64,000 nt of DNA from Malacoraja senta (Eukaryota): positions 1,304,001 to 1,368,000 of the forward strand of contig CM075999.1 in assembly GCA_038087875.1 (NCBI GenBank). Reading direction: 5' to 3'. The notes below the pieces were generated by a model, which made no database searches, was not told the DNA's origin, and saw only the letters and a list, made by a program, of their open reading frames with translations. Shown here piece after piece: positions 63,893 through 64,000 of the stretch. A program made the translations under genes and the position numbers. How positions within the stretch are numbered: position 1 is the stretch's first letter; every line of letters begins with the position of its first letter.

Positions 63893-64000
63893 GACACAAA
63901 GCTGGGTGGCAATGTGAACTGCGAGGAGGATGCTATGAGGATGCAGGGTGACTTGGACAGGTTGGGTGAGTGGGCAGATGCATGGCAGATGCAGTTTAAT
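63893..64000 (+). mobile_element. CR1-like LINE RT fragment (continues beyond the window)
   Basis: Translates DTKLGGNVNCEEDAMRMQGDLDRLGEWADAWQMQFN, typical of CR1 RT just after the FADD motif. Confidence 0.88.

Overview
Vertebrate genomic DNA from a cartilaginous fish. A skate or ray is inferred from the HE1-type SINEs, CR1 tails and Penelope remnants. It has two host genes arranged tail-to-tail. (1) A three-exon delta opioid receptor gene (OPRD1, + strand; CDS exons 19229-19493, 46454-46809, 48930-49456). As assembled, exon 1 is one base short, so the ATG is out of frame with TM1. (2) The last three coding exons of RCC1 (- strand; 62630-62511, 62007-61855, 60501-60326). Most of the rest is transposon-derived: a 5'-truncated L1-clade LINE with a 15-bp TSD, L1/Tx1/Rex1/CR1 3' ends, more than 20 HE1-like V-SINE copies, Deu-SINE relics, six MITEs sharing a GCC(C)TGTCCCA terminal core, and many Penelope-derived termini. 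Most interesting: about 20 minimal hammerhead-ribozyme-like cores in the Penelope termini, often in TSD-flanked foldback insertions inside OPRD1 intron 1; a delta receptor with mu-type ECL3/TM7 selectivity residues; the exon 1 frameshift; RE1/NRSE-like sites at the OPRD1 start codon; and a young teleost-like CORE SINE. There is a 200-N assembly gap at 15481-15680. Repeat boundaries were read by eye and are approximate. Comparisons to human proteins and RNAs are from memory, not from database searches.
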